A stretch of DNA of 40,630 bases from a virus: the IMG/VR virus record IMGVR_UViG_3300045988_173266; one strand, 5' to 3'. Of the stretch, positions 1 through 8,409 are shown piece by piece (the stretch's first letter is position 1; every line of letters starts with the position of its first letter). Position numbers and translations under genes: made by a program. A model generated the notes under the pieces. The model was not told the origin of the DNA, ran no database searches, and saw only the letters and a program-made list of their open reading frames with translations.

Positions 1-119
1 GTTATAATATCAATCAATAGGGGCGTTTTTCTTATGATTTTTCGTGGTGTTTTACAACTTTCAAAAAAATTTTCAAAAAATTTCTAAAAATTACTGAAAA
101 ACGATTGACAAATCACAAA
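1..119. repeat. Terminal direct repeat copy 1, identical to 40512..40630; marks circular closure or terminal redundancy of a 40,511-bp unit
   Basis: Base-by-base comparison: 1..119 equals 40512..40630 with no mismatch. Confidence 0.95.
61..104 (+). promoter_or_regulatory. Four phased A-tracts (about 11-bp spacing) directly upstream of a -35 box; intrinsic bend or UP-element-like region
   Basis: A7 at 63-69, A6 at 75-80, A5 at 86-90, A5 at 97-101, each preceded by T-rich bases. Confidence 0.6.
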
Positions 120-133
120 TGATATTATACAAT
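105..133 (+). promoter_or_regulatory. Sigma70-type early promoter P2 (TTGACA-17-TACAAT)
   Basis: TTGACA at 105-110, 17-nt spacer, TACAAT at 128-133. Confidence 0.6.
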
Positions 134-163
134 AGGTTCATCAGTCATTGATGAGCCTTTTTT
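134..163 (+). terminator. Leader hairpin 1 with T6 tail; intrinsic-terminator-like, or a TCATCA-N5-TGATGA operator palindrome
   Basis: GGTTCATCA (135-143) pairs with TGATGAGCC (149-157) with one G-T wobble, 5-nt loop, then TTTTTT at 158-163. Confidence 0.55.
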
Positions 164-181
164 AATGCCGATAGGCAATAG

Positions 182-214
182 TAGACTCACCTTGATTGGT
201 GGGTCTATTTTTTT
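182..214 (+). terminator. Leader hairpin 2 with T7 tail; intrinsic-terminator-like
   Basis: TAGACTCACC (182-191) pairs with GGTGGGTCTA (198-207) with one wobble, 6-nt loop, then T7 at 208-214. Confidence 0.6.
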
Positions 215-237
215 ATTCTAAAAAGGAGGTATACGAT

Positions 238-420
238 ATGGCAAAAGCAAAGGCGAATAAAAAAATCGAGCGTTTCGGTAAAGTCAATATCGGCGTTTGG
301 GTCGGTAAAGAGACTTATGAAAATCTCGTTGAAATCGCGGAGCAAGAAGAGTTGACTTTAAGCGACGTAACGAGAATCGCTCTTAAAGAGTATGTCGCAA
401 AAAAAAGAAATAAGGAGTAG
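238..420 (+). CDS. Ribbon-helix-helix (CopG/Arc-like) DNA-binding protein
   Basis: AAAGGAGG 8 nt upstream of ATG 238. Short basic N-terminus (FGKVNIGVWV, beta strand) followed by two helices (ETYENLVEIAEQEELTLSDVTRIALKEYV). The ORF-track start at 196 lies inside leader terminator 2. Confidence 0.6.
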   Translation: MAKAKANKKIERFGKVNIGVWVGKETYENLVEIAEQEELTLSDVTRIALKEYVAKKRNKE

Positions 421-422
421 TT

Positions 423-623
423 ATGGACAAGCAGATTAAAACATCGGAGCAAATTCAAGCCGAAATTGAGAGGCTGAAAAGTAGTCCGTATGTCAAACTC
501 GCAAAGAAAGCGGAGAATGATATGTTACGGCAAAGGCTCTATCAATTACGAAGTCTTGAAAAGAAAGGCAAGCAAATAGCCGAAACACTCGGCTTAAAAA
601 TCGAAGAAGGAGGTAAAGGTTAA
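423..623 (+). CDS. Hypothetical small helical protein
   Basis: 66-aa ORF tightly packed between neighbours with ATGA-type coupling at its 3' end. Confidence 0.5.
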   Translation: MDKQIKTSEQIQAEIERLKSSPYVKLAKKAENDMLRQRLYQLRSLEKKGKQIAETLGLKIEEGGKG

Positions 624-1066
624 TGCGATTAAGAGAGATTCGCAAGGCGAAGGGTAGGCAGCAAAAAGAACTTGCCGAAAAAATCGGCACGGACGAGCCG
701 ATGATGAGCAAGTTCGAGAATTATAAGTGTCTTCCAATTCCGTCGATGATGAGGAAACTTCTTAAAGAGTTAGGTTGTAGTCGAGTCGAAGAAATATACG
801 AACCACACGAAGTATATCTTCAACTTGCAAGTGTAAATGCTACCGTGGCGAAAGAGAAAAAGGTCTCGGAGATTTATAAACTTACGGCAACTCTTCCGAA
901 AGAAGCGAAAGAACTTTTCGATAAGGCACTTAAACCGTTGGGGTATCGAAGTATCACGGATTGGGTCAAGCAATGCTTTGAACGGCTTGAAGATACATAT
1001 CGAGAATTACAAGCAAGAGAAAAGACTCCACTCACGCCGGCAAGCAAAGAAGTGAAGTCTCATTAA
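623..1066 (+). CDS. XRE-family helix-turn-helix transcriptional regulator
   Basis: N-terminus MRLREIRKAKGRQQKELAEKIGTDEPMMSKFENYK fits the XRE/Cro-CI HTH pattern. Confidence 0.75.
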   Translation: MRLREIRKAKGRQQKELAEKIGTDEPMMSKFENYKCLPIPSMMRKLLKELGCSRVEEIYEPHEVYLQLASVNATVAKEKKVSEIYKLTATLPKEAKELFDKALKPLGYRSITDWVKQCFERLEDTYRELQAREKTPLTPASKEVKSH

Positions 1067-1128
1067 AAGCAAAGGTATATGCTTTTCAAATAATATACCA
1101 AAAATATTATTTTTTGTCAAGGAGATTT

Positions 1129-1416
1129 ATGACAATGTTGGATTATTACAAAAACGAATTAGATATTGCGGAAATGCGAGTTGCGCTCGCGAGAGACGGT
1201 TACGAAAAGAAAGTCAACGAATTAGCGGTCGCACTTAAAGACGTGTCAGTTGAAGAAGCCGAAAAACTTATCGACGATGTTAAGTTCGCAAAGGAGACTC
1301 TTTCGGGTCTTGAACAAAGCAGAGATTGGGCAAAAGTGCGTTATCAAGAAGAATACGACAAGCCCGAAAATGCTCAAAAGAGGGCAAAAGAAGTTTTATT
1401 CGGAGGTAATGAATAA
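1129..1416 (+). CDS. Hypothetical protein (start 1129 or 1135)
   Basis: AAGGAGA at 1119-1125. Coiled-coil-like acidic sequence. Stop overlaps the next start. Confidence 0.5.
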   Translation: MTMLDYYKNELDIAEMRVALARDGYEKKVNELAVALKDVSVEEAEKLIDDVKFAKETLSGLEQSRDWAKVRYQEEYDKPENAQKRAKEVLFGGNE

Positions 1417-2078
1417 TGGCGGACAAGTTAAAGAAAGTTGCAAGAGCGCACACAAGATATTATCTCGAAGACGGAACTCTTGTTCCGGGGTCAACAACTG
1501 TAACGGGTTTATTGAACAAACCCGCGCTTGTAAAGTGGGCGAACAATCTCGGACTTCAAGGCATTGACTCGACGAAGTACGTTGACAAAGCCGCTTCAAT
1601 CGGAACTCTTATTCACGCACTTGTTGAAGGGCATATAACAGGCAAAAAAGTAAATACGGAAGAATATTCCGCACTTGAAATCGAAATGGCTCAAAACGGC
1701 TTTTATAAATATCTCGATTGGGAGAAACAACATAAAGTCGAGCCGATTTTTAACGAGAAAGCACTCGTTTCCGAAAAGTTCAAATACGGCGGAACGCTCG
1801 ACTTTTACTGTAAGGTGGACGGCAAATATACTCTCGTTGACTTTAAGAGTGGCAAAGGTATCTTTAATGAACACTTCTTGCAAGTATCGTCGTATGCAAA
1901 TCTTCTCAAAGAGAACAAGCACAAAGTTGAACAAATAATGATTCTCAATATAGGAAGAAACGAAGACGAGCCGTTCCAACACAAGGAAATCAAGCCGACA
2001 ACAATCAAAAAATACTTTGATATGTTCAAGGCTCTCTTAAAAGTCTACTACATAAAGAAAGATTTGGAGTGGAAGTAA
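1416..2078 (+). CDS. PD-(D/E)XK family nuclease (phage recombination exonuclease, Cas4/RecB-like fold)
   Basis: Motif GTLDFYCKV...YTLVDFKSGK (D...D/ExK) plus QVSSYANLL. Lies directly upstream of an annealase gene. Confidence 0.7.
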   Translation: MADKLKKVARAHTRYYLEDGTLVPGSTTVTGLLNKPALVKWANNLGLQGIDSTKYVDKAASIGTLIHALVEGHITGKKVNTEEYSALEIEMAQNGFYKYLDWEKQHKVEPIFNEKALVSEKFKYGGTLDFYCKVDGKYTLVDFKSGKGIFNEHFLQVSSYANLLKENKHKVEQIMILNIGRNEDEPFQHKEIKPTTIKKYFDMFKALLKVYYIKKDLEWK

Positions 2079-2079
2079 T

Positions 2080-2751
2080 ATGGGAAATCTTGACCTTTAC
2101 GAAAAAGTTCGCGAAGTACCCGAGAAAGCGCAAAAGAAAATAGAGGGTGGACGCTTGAAGGGAATGACCGATATAAATCCGATGTGGCGAATTAAAACCC
2201 TTACCGAGCAATTTGGCGTATGTGGGGTCGGTTGGAAAGCGAATATAGTGAGAACTTGGCTTGACGGTGGGGTAAATAACGAAGTTACCGCAAACGTGGA
2301 AATCGAATTATTTATCAAAGTTGACGGTGCGTGGAGCGAAGCAATACCCGGAATAGGCGGAAGCAAGTTTGTGTCAAAGGAATCAGGCGGACTTTATACC
2401 GATGACGAGTGCTATAAGAAAGCCTACACCGACGCCCTTTCCGTTGCTTGCAAGTCGTTAGGAATAGGTGCAGACGTGTATTGGGATAAAGATAGTACAA
2501 AATACTCTCCGAAACAAGGTGAAACGTCCGCTGGCAAAAAGGCTCAAAGTAGTACAAGTACAACAAGTAGCAAAAAATCGAAATGGGCGCAAGTAAACGA
2601 AATTATCAAAGATTCCGATATAACGCTTGATATGGTCAGCGATTGGCTTGCAAAAAAGAAATATCCGACGAAAATAAATAATCTTTCGGAGGAACAGTTT
2701 GCTTCTTTGATAGCCTCATTGAAAAAGCAAATAGGAGCGAAAGATGAGTAA
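2080..2751 (+). CDS. Single-strand annealing protein, Rad52/Sak-like
   Basis: Conserved-looking N-terminal core (MTDINPMWRIKTLTEQFGVCGVGW ... YKKAYTDALSVACKSLGIGADVYW) with a low-complexity S/T/K tail. Synteny with exonuclease and SSB. Confidence 0.6.
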   Translation: MGNLDLYEKVREVPEKAQKKIEGGRLKGMTDINPMWRIKTLTEQFGVCGVGWKANIVRTWLDGGVNNEVTANVEIELFIKVDGAWSEAIPGIGGSKFVSKESGGLYTDDECYKKAYTDALSVACKSLGIGADVYWDKDSTKYSPKQGETSAGKKAQSSTSTTSSKKSKWAQVNEIIKDSDITLDMVSDWLAKKKYPTKINNLSEEQFASLIASLKKQIGAKDE

Positions 2752-3289
2752 GTTTATAGCCGAGCGAGTATATCGTATGACAGACGAAAACAACAATTTA
2801 ATCGTGTGTTATGTGGTTCGCGGCGAGAATAAAAAATCTGCCTTATTGTCCTTGGAAGAAAATCAAGGTTCGGAGAAAAAGTTGGAGGTTGAAACAAAGA
2901 TACATAAATCTCAACGCAGTCTTGAACAAAATCGTCTTCTATGGGCATTGCTCGGGAAAATGGCGAATGCTTTATCTGGTAACAAACGAAAAGTGTCTAC
3001 CGAAGAGTGTTATTGTGTAATGCTTGAAGAAGCAAACGTTTCATACGATTATCTTCTCGCGTTGCCGGAAGCCGAACCGTTACTCAAAAAAACTTTTAGA
3101 GTCGTTCGTAAGGTTGACGAAAGGGTTGTAAACGGGAAGAAGTTGAATATGTATCAATACTTTATCGGCTCTTCAAAATTCAACACGCAAGAGATGACTG
3201 AACTTATTGAGGCAACACTCGATAAACTTGCCGAACTCGGTATCGTGGATAGCGAGATAGAACTTGCAAGAGAGGAATATGGTCGATGA
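2744..3289 (+). CDS. NinB/Orf-like recombination mediator
   Basis: SQRSLEQNRLLWALLGKMA resembles the lambda Orf (NinB) motif RSLDQNRKLWACLGDVS. Confidence 0.6.
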   Translation: MSKFIAERVYRMTDENNNLIVCYVVRGENKKSALLSLEENQGSEKKLEVETKIHKSQRSLEQNRLLWALLGKMANALSGNKRKVSTEECYCVMLEEANVSYDYLLALPEAEPLLKKTFRVVRKVDERVVNGKKLNMYQYFIGSSKFNTQEMTELIEATLDKLAELGIVDSEIELAREEYGR

Positions 3290-3609
3290 AATCAAAGCGA
3301 AGTAAAGCAACGGATATACCGCAAAAGGTAAAACAAGCGGTATGGGAACGAGACGGGGGACGGTGTGTGGTATGCGGTTGTTGTAGAAACATAATGCCAA
3401 ACGCACACTTCATCTCCCGCTCGAAAGGCGGACTCGGCATTGAAGAGAATATAGTTACTCTTTGTACAGAGTTCACGGAAAATAAGTGTCATAGAAAATA
3501 CGACTTCGGAACACGCGAAGAAAGAGAAGAAATCGGCGCGAAAATCGAAGCCTACTTAAAATCAAAATATCCGAATTGGGATAAAGAAAAATTAACTTTT
3601 AGGAGATGA
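3286..3609 (+). CDS. HNH endonuclease
   Basis: CVVCG ... NAHFISRSKGGLGIEENIVTLC ... CH. His-Asn-His with Cys pairs. Confidence 0.75.
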   Translation: MKSKRSKATDIPQKVKQAVWERDGGRCVVCGCCRNIMPNAHFISRSKGGLGIEENIVTLCTEFTENKCHRKYDFGTREEREEIGAKIEAYLKSKYPNWDKEKLTFRR

Positions 3610-3613
3610 AAAT

Positions 3614-3895
3614 ATGAAAACTCAAAACACCAAAAAATTCAAAAAAGGATTCCACATCACAATTAAAAATCTCGACAATAACGAAACTATTGTAGATTCG
3701 GACACGAGGGCAATTATCGGCGCGTTTCATAACGGAGACCACATACGAGGAATCGGATTAACGTCTTGCAATACGGAAATTCTTACAAATACCATTGATA
3801 CTGCTGAAAAATGCGTAAACGATATGAAGAAAAAGATGATAGAAAGTGTACCGGCGGAAGTTTTACTTGCGATGTTACTCGGAGGAGAAAGATGA
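3614..3895 (+). CDS. Hypothetical protein
   Basis: 93-aa ORF; its stop overlaps the ssb start (ATGA). Confidence 0.45.
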   Translation: MKTQNTKKFKKGFHITIKNLDNNETIVDSDTRAIIGAFHNGDHIRGIGLTSCNTEILTNTIDTAEKCVNDMKKKMIESVPAEVLLAMLLGGER

Positions 3896-4284
3896 ATAAA
3901 CTCGTTATCATCGGAAACCTTACGCGAGACCCGGAACTTGCCGAAACCGCAAGCGGAATCAGTTACGCAAAATTTGCAGTCGCTGTTACGAGAAATTATT
4001 CAAACTCGGACGGCGAAAGAGAAACGGATTTTTTCGATATTACGGTATGGAGAGAACGCGCGGAACTTTGCGCGAAGTATCTCCGTAAAGGTAATAAAGT
4101 AGGAATCGTCGGGAGTATTCAATTCAGGACTTATGAAGACGATAATGGAAGTAAACATAAAATTGCGGAAGTCAAAGTCGATGAAGTTGAGTTTTTAACG
4201 CCGAAATCGCAAAGCGATGAAAAGCCAACAAAAAAGGAAAGACCGAAACTCGAAGAAGTTGACGATGACAATCTTCCGTTTTAA
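3892..4284 (+). CDS. ssb: Single-stranded DNA-binding protein
   Basis: MNKLVIIGNLTRDPEL OB-fold N-terminus and acidic C-terminal tip DDDNLPF. GGAGG upstream of ATG 3892. The ORF-track 5' extension from 3811 is not used. Confidence 0.9.
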   Translation: MNKLVIIGNLTRDPELAETASGISYAKFAVAVTRNYSNSDGERETDFFDITVWRERAELCAKYLRKGNKVGIVGSIQFRTYEDDNGSKHKIAEVKVDEVEFLTPKSQSDEKPTKKERPKLEEVDDDNLPF

Positions 4285-4293
4285 GGAGAGATT

Positions 4294-4965
4294 ATGGCAG
4301 AAAGAAGAATGTTCGCGAAAGCGATAATTGATAGCGACGCTTTTCTCGATATGCCTCTTTCAACGCAAGCACTATACTTTCATCTTTCGATGAGAGCCGA
4401 TGACGAGGGTTTTGTCGGTAATCCGAAAAAGATTCAAAGAATGATAGGAGCAAGCGACGATGACTGTCGAATCCTTGTGTCGAAGCGTTTTATACTGACT
4501 TTCCAAAGCGGAATAATCGTTATTAAGCATTGGAAAATTCACAACTACATACAAGCCGACCGATTCAAAGAGACTACTTATACCGAAGAAAAAGCAACAT
4601 TAACGCTTGATTCAAAGAAGGCGTATACGGAATGTATACATAATGCTTCCGATTCGGAGACACAGGTTAGTATAGGTAAGGATAGTATAGAGTTAGGTAA
4701 GGATAATATAGAGAGTGCGAGAAACGCACTCACTCCACCGAAACGGTTTTCAAGACCTTCGATAGAAGAGATTGAAAGTTATTGCAAGGAACGAAACAAC
4801 AAAGTCAATGCTCAACGCTTTTATGATTTTTATGAATCGAAAGGCTGGAAAGTCGGTAGCCAACCGATGAAAGATTGGAAGGCTTGCGTGAGAACTTGGG
4901 AAGCAAGAGAAGAAACGCCGAGAAAGGCGGCGGATTCTTCAAAGTATAATCGGGAGGACGAGTGA
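4294..4965 (+). CDS. Phage replication initiator / replisome-organizer (DnaD-like) protein
   Basis: RRMFAKAIIDSDAFLDMPLSTQALYFHLSMRADDEGFV N-terminal domain. C-terminal YDFYESKGWKVGSQPMKDWKACVRTWE motif typical of phage replication proteins. Followed by a DnaC-like loader. Confidence 0.7.
   Translation: MAERRMFAKAIIDSDAFLDMPLSTQALYFHLSMRADDEGFVGNPKKIQRMIGASDDDCRILVSKRFILTFQSGIIVIKHWKIHNYIQADRFKETTYTEEKATLTLDSKKAYTECIHNASDSETQVSIGKDSIELGKDNIESARNALTPPKRFSRPSIEEIESYCKERNNKVNAQRFYDFYESKGWKVGSQPMKDWKACVRTWEAREETPRKAADSSKYNREDE
4673..4713. repeat. Two 20-bp direct repeats at 21-bp period inside the replication initiator gene (candidate ori iterons)
   Basis: taggtaaggatagtatagag (4673-4692) and taggtaaggataatatagag (4694-4713), one mismatch. 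A related gttagtatag motif lies just upstream. Confidence 0.5.
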
Positions 4966-5840
4966 TGTTTGGTAAAACGCTTGAACAATTAAAACAAGCC
5001 TTTGCAAGCGGAGAAGAGATTCTTAAAGAAGACGAGTATCTTGGAAACGACGGACTTCCTTATTGCAAGGCTTGCAAGACCGCAAGATTCTTTACTTCCG
5101 ACGATAAACAGTTTGCTATGCGTGGGGCGTGTAAATGCCTTACCGAAAAATATCGGAAAGAAAAGGCGGAAAAAGAAGCAAAAGAAAGGCTTGAAAAATT
5201 CAACGCTCGTAAGAAGTTATCGCTTATCGGAGAACGATACAAGAACATTATGTTCAAAGACGCAATGATAACCGATAACAACCAAAAGGCTTATATCAAG
5301 TGTAAGAATTACGTCGTAAACGCCGATAAAGTTTTAGATAGCAATATCGGACTTTATATCTACGGAGACAATTCTTCGGGAAAAACATTTTTGACGGCTT
5401 GCATTTGTAATGAGTTGGTATGGAAAGGGTATCGGTGCATTTATACGAATCTCGCTTCCATTCTCAATGAAATTCGGAGTTCCTATGACGGAAACGGTAT
5501 GGGCGAGTGTGAAATGTTGGATAGACTTCAAAATTACGCTTTCGCCTTCATAGACGATTTTGGCAAGGAGTTCCTTGGAAGGGAATTTAATGCGGGGAGT
5601 GCAAAGTGGGCAGAAGAAAAATTGTTTGAAATTCTTAATGCGAGATACAATTCGCAACGACCGACAATATTCTCGTCTAACTACTCAATCTCGGAACTTG
5701 CTTCTGTTCTTAATCTCGATAAAGCAATCGTAGAAAGGGTAAACGAGATGTCAACGAGAGTTATAAAACTCGAAGGCGACGATTTTCGTAAGGACGCAAG
5801 AGAGGCAAAAAGCGATATAGCGAAATCTCTTGGGATATAG
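4962..5840 (+). CDS. DnaC/IstB-like AAA+ helicase loader
   Basis: Walker A GDNSSGKT, Walker B FAFIDDFG. Follows the replication initiator with overlapping stop/start. Confidence 0.8.
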   Translation: MMFGKTLEQLKQAFASGEEILKEDEYLGNDGLPYCKACKTARFFTSDDKQFAMRGACKCLTEKYRKEKAEKEAKERLEKFNARKKLSLIGERYKNIMFKDAMITDNNQKAYIKCKNYVVNADKVLDSNIGLYIYGDNSSGKTFLTACICNELVWKGYRCIYTNLASILNEIRSSYDGNGMGECEMLDRLQNYAFAFIDDFGKEFLGREFNAGSAKWAEEKLFEILNARYNSQRPTIFSSNYSISELASVLNLDKAIVERVNEMSTRVIKLEGDDFRKDAREAKSDIAKSLGI

Positions 5841-5848
5841 GTGGCGGT

Positions 5849-7427
5849 ATGGGAAACACAATGAGAGATATGGGATTGCAGCGCTCGATATTCGACGGTG
5901 TAATACCTCTCAAAATTACGAAGCCGATACGACTTATAGAACTTTTTGCGGGAATCGGGGCGCAAGCGAAAGCACTTGAAAATCTCGGCGTAAACTTTGA
6001 GCATTATCGGATATGCGAGTTTGATAAGTACGCGGTTGCAAGTTATAACGCAGTTCACGGAACAAGTTTTACAACGAGCGATATTACTCAAATTCACTCC
6101 GAAGACCTTGGTATTGTCGAGACCGATAAGTATGAATACATAATGACATACTCGTTTCCTTGCACCGACCTTTCAAAGGCAGGTAAACAACAAGGAATGA
6201 GTCGAGAAAGCGGAACGCGTAGCGGTTTGTTGTGGGAAGTGGAAAGGCTACTTATTGAAATTACGAAGAAGGGGGGGGCGATTGCCTCAAATTCTTTTAA
6301 TGGAAAACGTGCCTGATGTACTTTCCGAGAAGAATCGCAAGGACTTCTTTTCGTGGTGTGAATTTCTCGAATCATTAGGATATACAAGTAAATACGCAAT
6401 ACTTAACGCGAAAGACTTCGGCGTTCCACAAAATCGAGAAAGATGTTTTATGTTAAGTTGGCTCGGAGAAGATTACTATTACGATTTTCCGAATAAACAA
6501 CCGCTTGCAGTTAGGTTGAAAGATGTTTTAGAACCTTCGGTTGATGAAAAGTATTATTTATCCGAAAAGACCATTAAATACTTTATCCAACATACGCAAG
6601 AAAGCATTGAGAAAGGGAATGGATTTCGCTTTGAACCCACAGACGGAAACGTTGTTGGGAAAACTATTACAACGAGAGCCGGAAGTAGAATGGACGACAA
6701 TTTTATCAAGTGTGAACATATCGCCCAACTTGAAGGCGATTTTGAAATGGCTAATAGGGTTTATTCCCCGGAAGGTCTGTGTCCGACGATACGGACAATG
6801 CAGGGTGGCGGATTAGAACCGAAAATTCTCGAAGATTTTTATAAGTCTCGGCAGCCGAGAGAATATAAGGAAGTTGCGCCGACTTTGCGTAGTGAAAGAG
6901 AAGGATTAAAAGTAATTGAGCCTATGGCATTAGACGAGCAAAACGGTTATCTTCGGAAAGACGGAATAGTCGGAACGCTGACAACCGACGGAAGCAGTCC
7001 GAAGCATAATAATCGGGTTGTAGAGCCGATAGTATGGGACGGGTTCAATCAATCCATAAGGAAGGATAGTTCGTGCGTAGGCACACTTACAAGAAACTGT
7101 GGGGCAGACTTAAAGCGAAACGGTCAAGGAATTATAGAAACAACAAAACAGTATAGCCGACCACACGGCTTTAATAAGGGCGGAGTAAACGAAAGTGAAG
7201 TTTTCCCCGCGGTAAGATGTTCTTCAACCGAAGACGGGAATAATGGAATTATAGACGGAATCCGCGTTCGGAAACTCACGCCAAAAGAGTGTTGGAGACT
7301 TATGGGTTTTGACGATGAAAGTTTTTCTCGTGCAAAGAAGAGAGTGAGTAATTCTCAACTTTACAAACAAGCGGGAAATTCAATCGTTGTCGATGTCCTT
7401 ATGGCAATATTCAAAAATTTATTTTAG
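5849..7427 (+). pseudogene. DNA (cytosine-5) methyltransferase interrupted by a frameshift in a G8 tract (ORFs 5849..6316 and 6255..7427)
   Basis: Motif I LFAGIGA and motif IV SFPCTDLS are in ORF1. Motif VI LLMENVP, VIII QNRERCF and X GNSIVVDVL are in ORF2. Removing one G from 6271-6278 reads ...EITKKGGRLPQILLMENVPDV in one frame. Confidence 0.85.
6271..6278 (+). repeat. G8 homopolymer at the methyltransferase frameshift point
   Basis: gaagaaGGGGGGGGcgatt read directly. Confidence 0.95.
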
Positions 7428-7436
7428 GAGTTGAAT

Positions 7437-8162
7437 ATGAACAAAGTAAACGAAATGGCGTTAAGGCTTAACGCATTAAAATTAGAGTACCCGGTAAAAA
7501 TACCCGAACATATCATTAGAGAGGCGATTGAAAATAATATTGTAATTGTTTTCGGTTCTTCCGATGACCTTATTGAGTTTAGAGGAGCGATTGATGATGA
7601 GCGCGGAGCATACGAGGGTGGAGAATACCTTGTAACTTATGGCGGTGTTAGGTGTGATGAACAACCGGGAATGAAGAATCTTAAAGCAATATGGCACGAT
7701 GAAGGTAATCCTTGTTTTACATACGAAACAAAGATAGCGCACAAAACTTTTGACGTATGGGAAGACGGCGAAAAGTATTGTGTAGGGATAGTGTTTGACC
7801 TTAAAGACGTTGAAACGAAAATCGAAAAGTTTTTAAGGTTTGTAAAGGAAAACCCCGACATTCCTATTATTCCTATGGTTGATAGTAACATCGTTTGTGA
7901 TGACGGTTGTTGCTCGTGGCTTGGTTCGTTCGGAGATTGCCGTGTTGACTCGTATGTTTGCTTAACCTATTACGGCGAAGAAAGGTTTTTCACAAGAGAT
8001 AGCGATGAAGATGTTCTAAAAGAATATTTTGAAGAGCAAATTGCTGACGAATTAGGGGCAGATGATATTTACGAAGGAATTGAGAAACTCGCTCGCGAAA
8101 AAATAGAAAATCTTCCGTGGGTAAAAGCAATAATTGTAGATATTGACTTGCCGGAGGTATGA
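7437..8162 (+). CDS. Hypothetical acidic protein
   Basis: AGGAG 6 nt upstream of ATG 7437. D/E-rich C-terminal half and a Cys cluster CDDGCCSWLGSFGDC. Confidence 0.5.
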   Translation: MNKVNEMALRLNALKLEYPVKIPEHIIREAIENNIVIVFGSSDDLIEFRGAIDDERGAYEGGEYLVTYGGVRCDEQPGMKNLKAIWHDEGNPCFTYETKIAHKTFDVWEDGEKYCVGIVFDLKDVETKIEKFLRFVKENPDIPIIPMVDSNIVCDDGCCSWLGSFGDCRVDSYVCLTYYGEERFFTRDSDEDVLKEYFEEQIADELGADDIYEGIEKLAREKIENLPWVKAIIVDIDLPEV

Positions 8163-8163
8163 A

Positions 8164-8409
8164 ATGAAACTGCATAATCTAAAAATAAAGGCGGAATATG
8201 CAAACGAAAAACTGAAAGGTAATAAGCCTTTCGAGATACGGTTCAACGATAGAGGTTTCAAGGTTGGCGACGTTATTAAATATTCTTGCATTGATAGTCA
8301 AATCGTAGACGAAAAGATACGAAACAAATTATACTACATCGCATACATAACGAATTATGAACAAAAAGAAGGTTACATTGTATTTTGCGATAAAGAGGTG
8401 GAACAATGA
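8164..8409 (+). CDS. ASCH/PUA-like small protein (DUF3850-type)
   Basis: MKLHNLKIKAEYANEKLKGNKPFEIRFNDRGFKVGD matches the remembered DUF3850 N-terminal pattern (HELKI.P.YF..V..G.K.FEIR.NDR.F.VGD). Confidence 0.55.
   Translation: MKLHNLKIKAEYANEKLKGNKPFEIRFNDRGFKVGDVIKYSCIDSQIVDEKIRNKLYYIAYITNYEQKEGYIVFCDKEVEQ

Noticed and set aside
196-237. Upstream extension of the first ORF (ORF-track start at 196)
   Set aside because: The extension begins inside leader terminator 2 and has no SD. ATG 238 has AAAGGAGG at ideal spacing.
3811-3891. 5' extension of the SSB ORF
   Set aside because: It overlaps the preceding gene in another frame. The canonical SSB N-terminus MNKLVIIGNL begins at 3892 behind a GGAGG.
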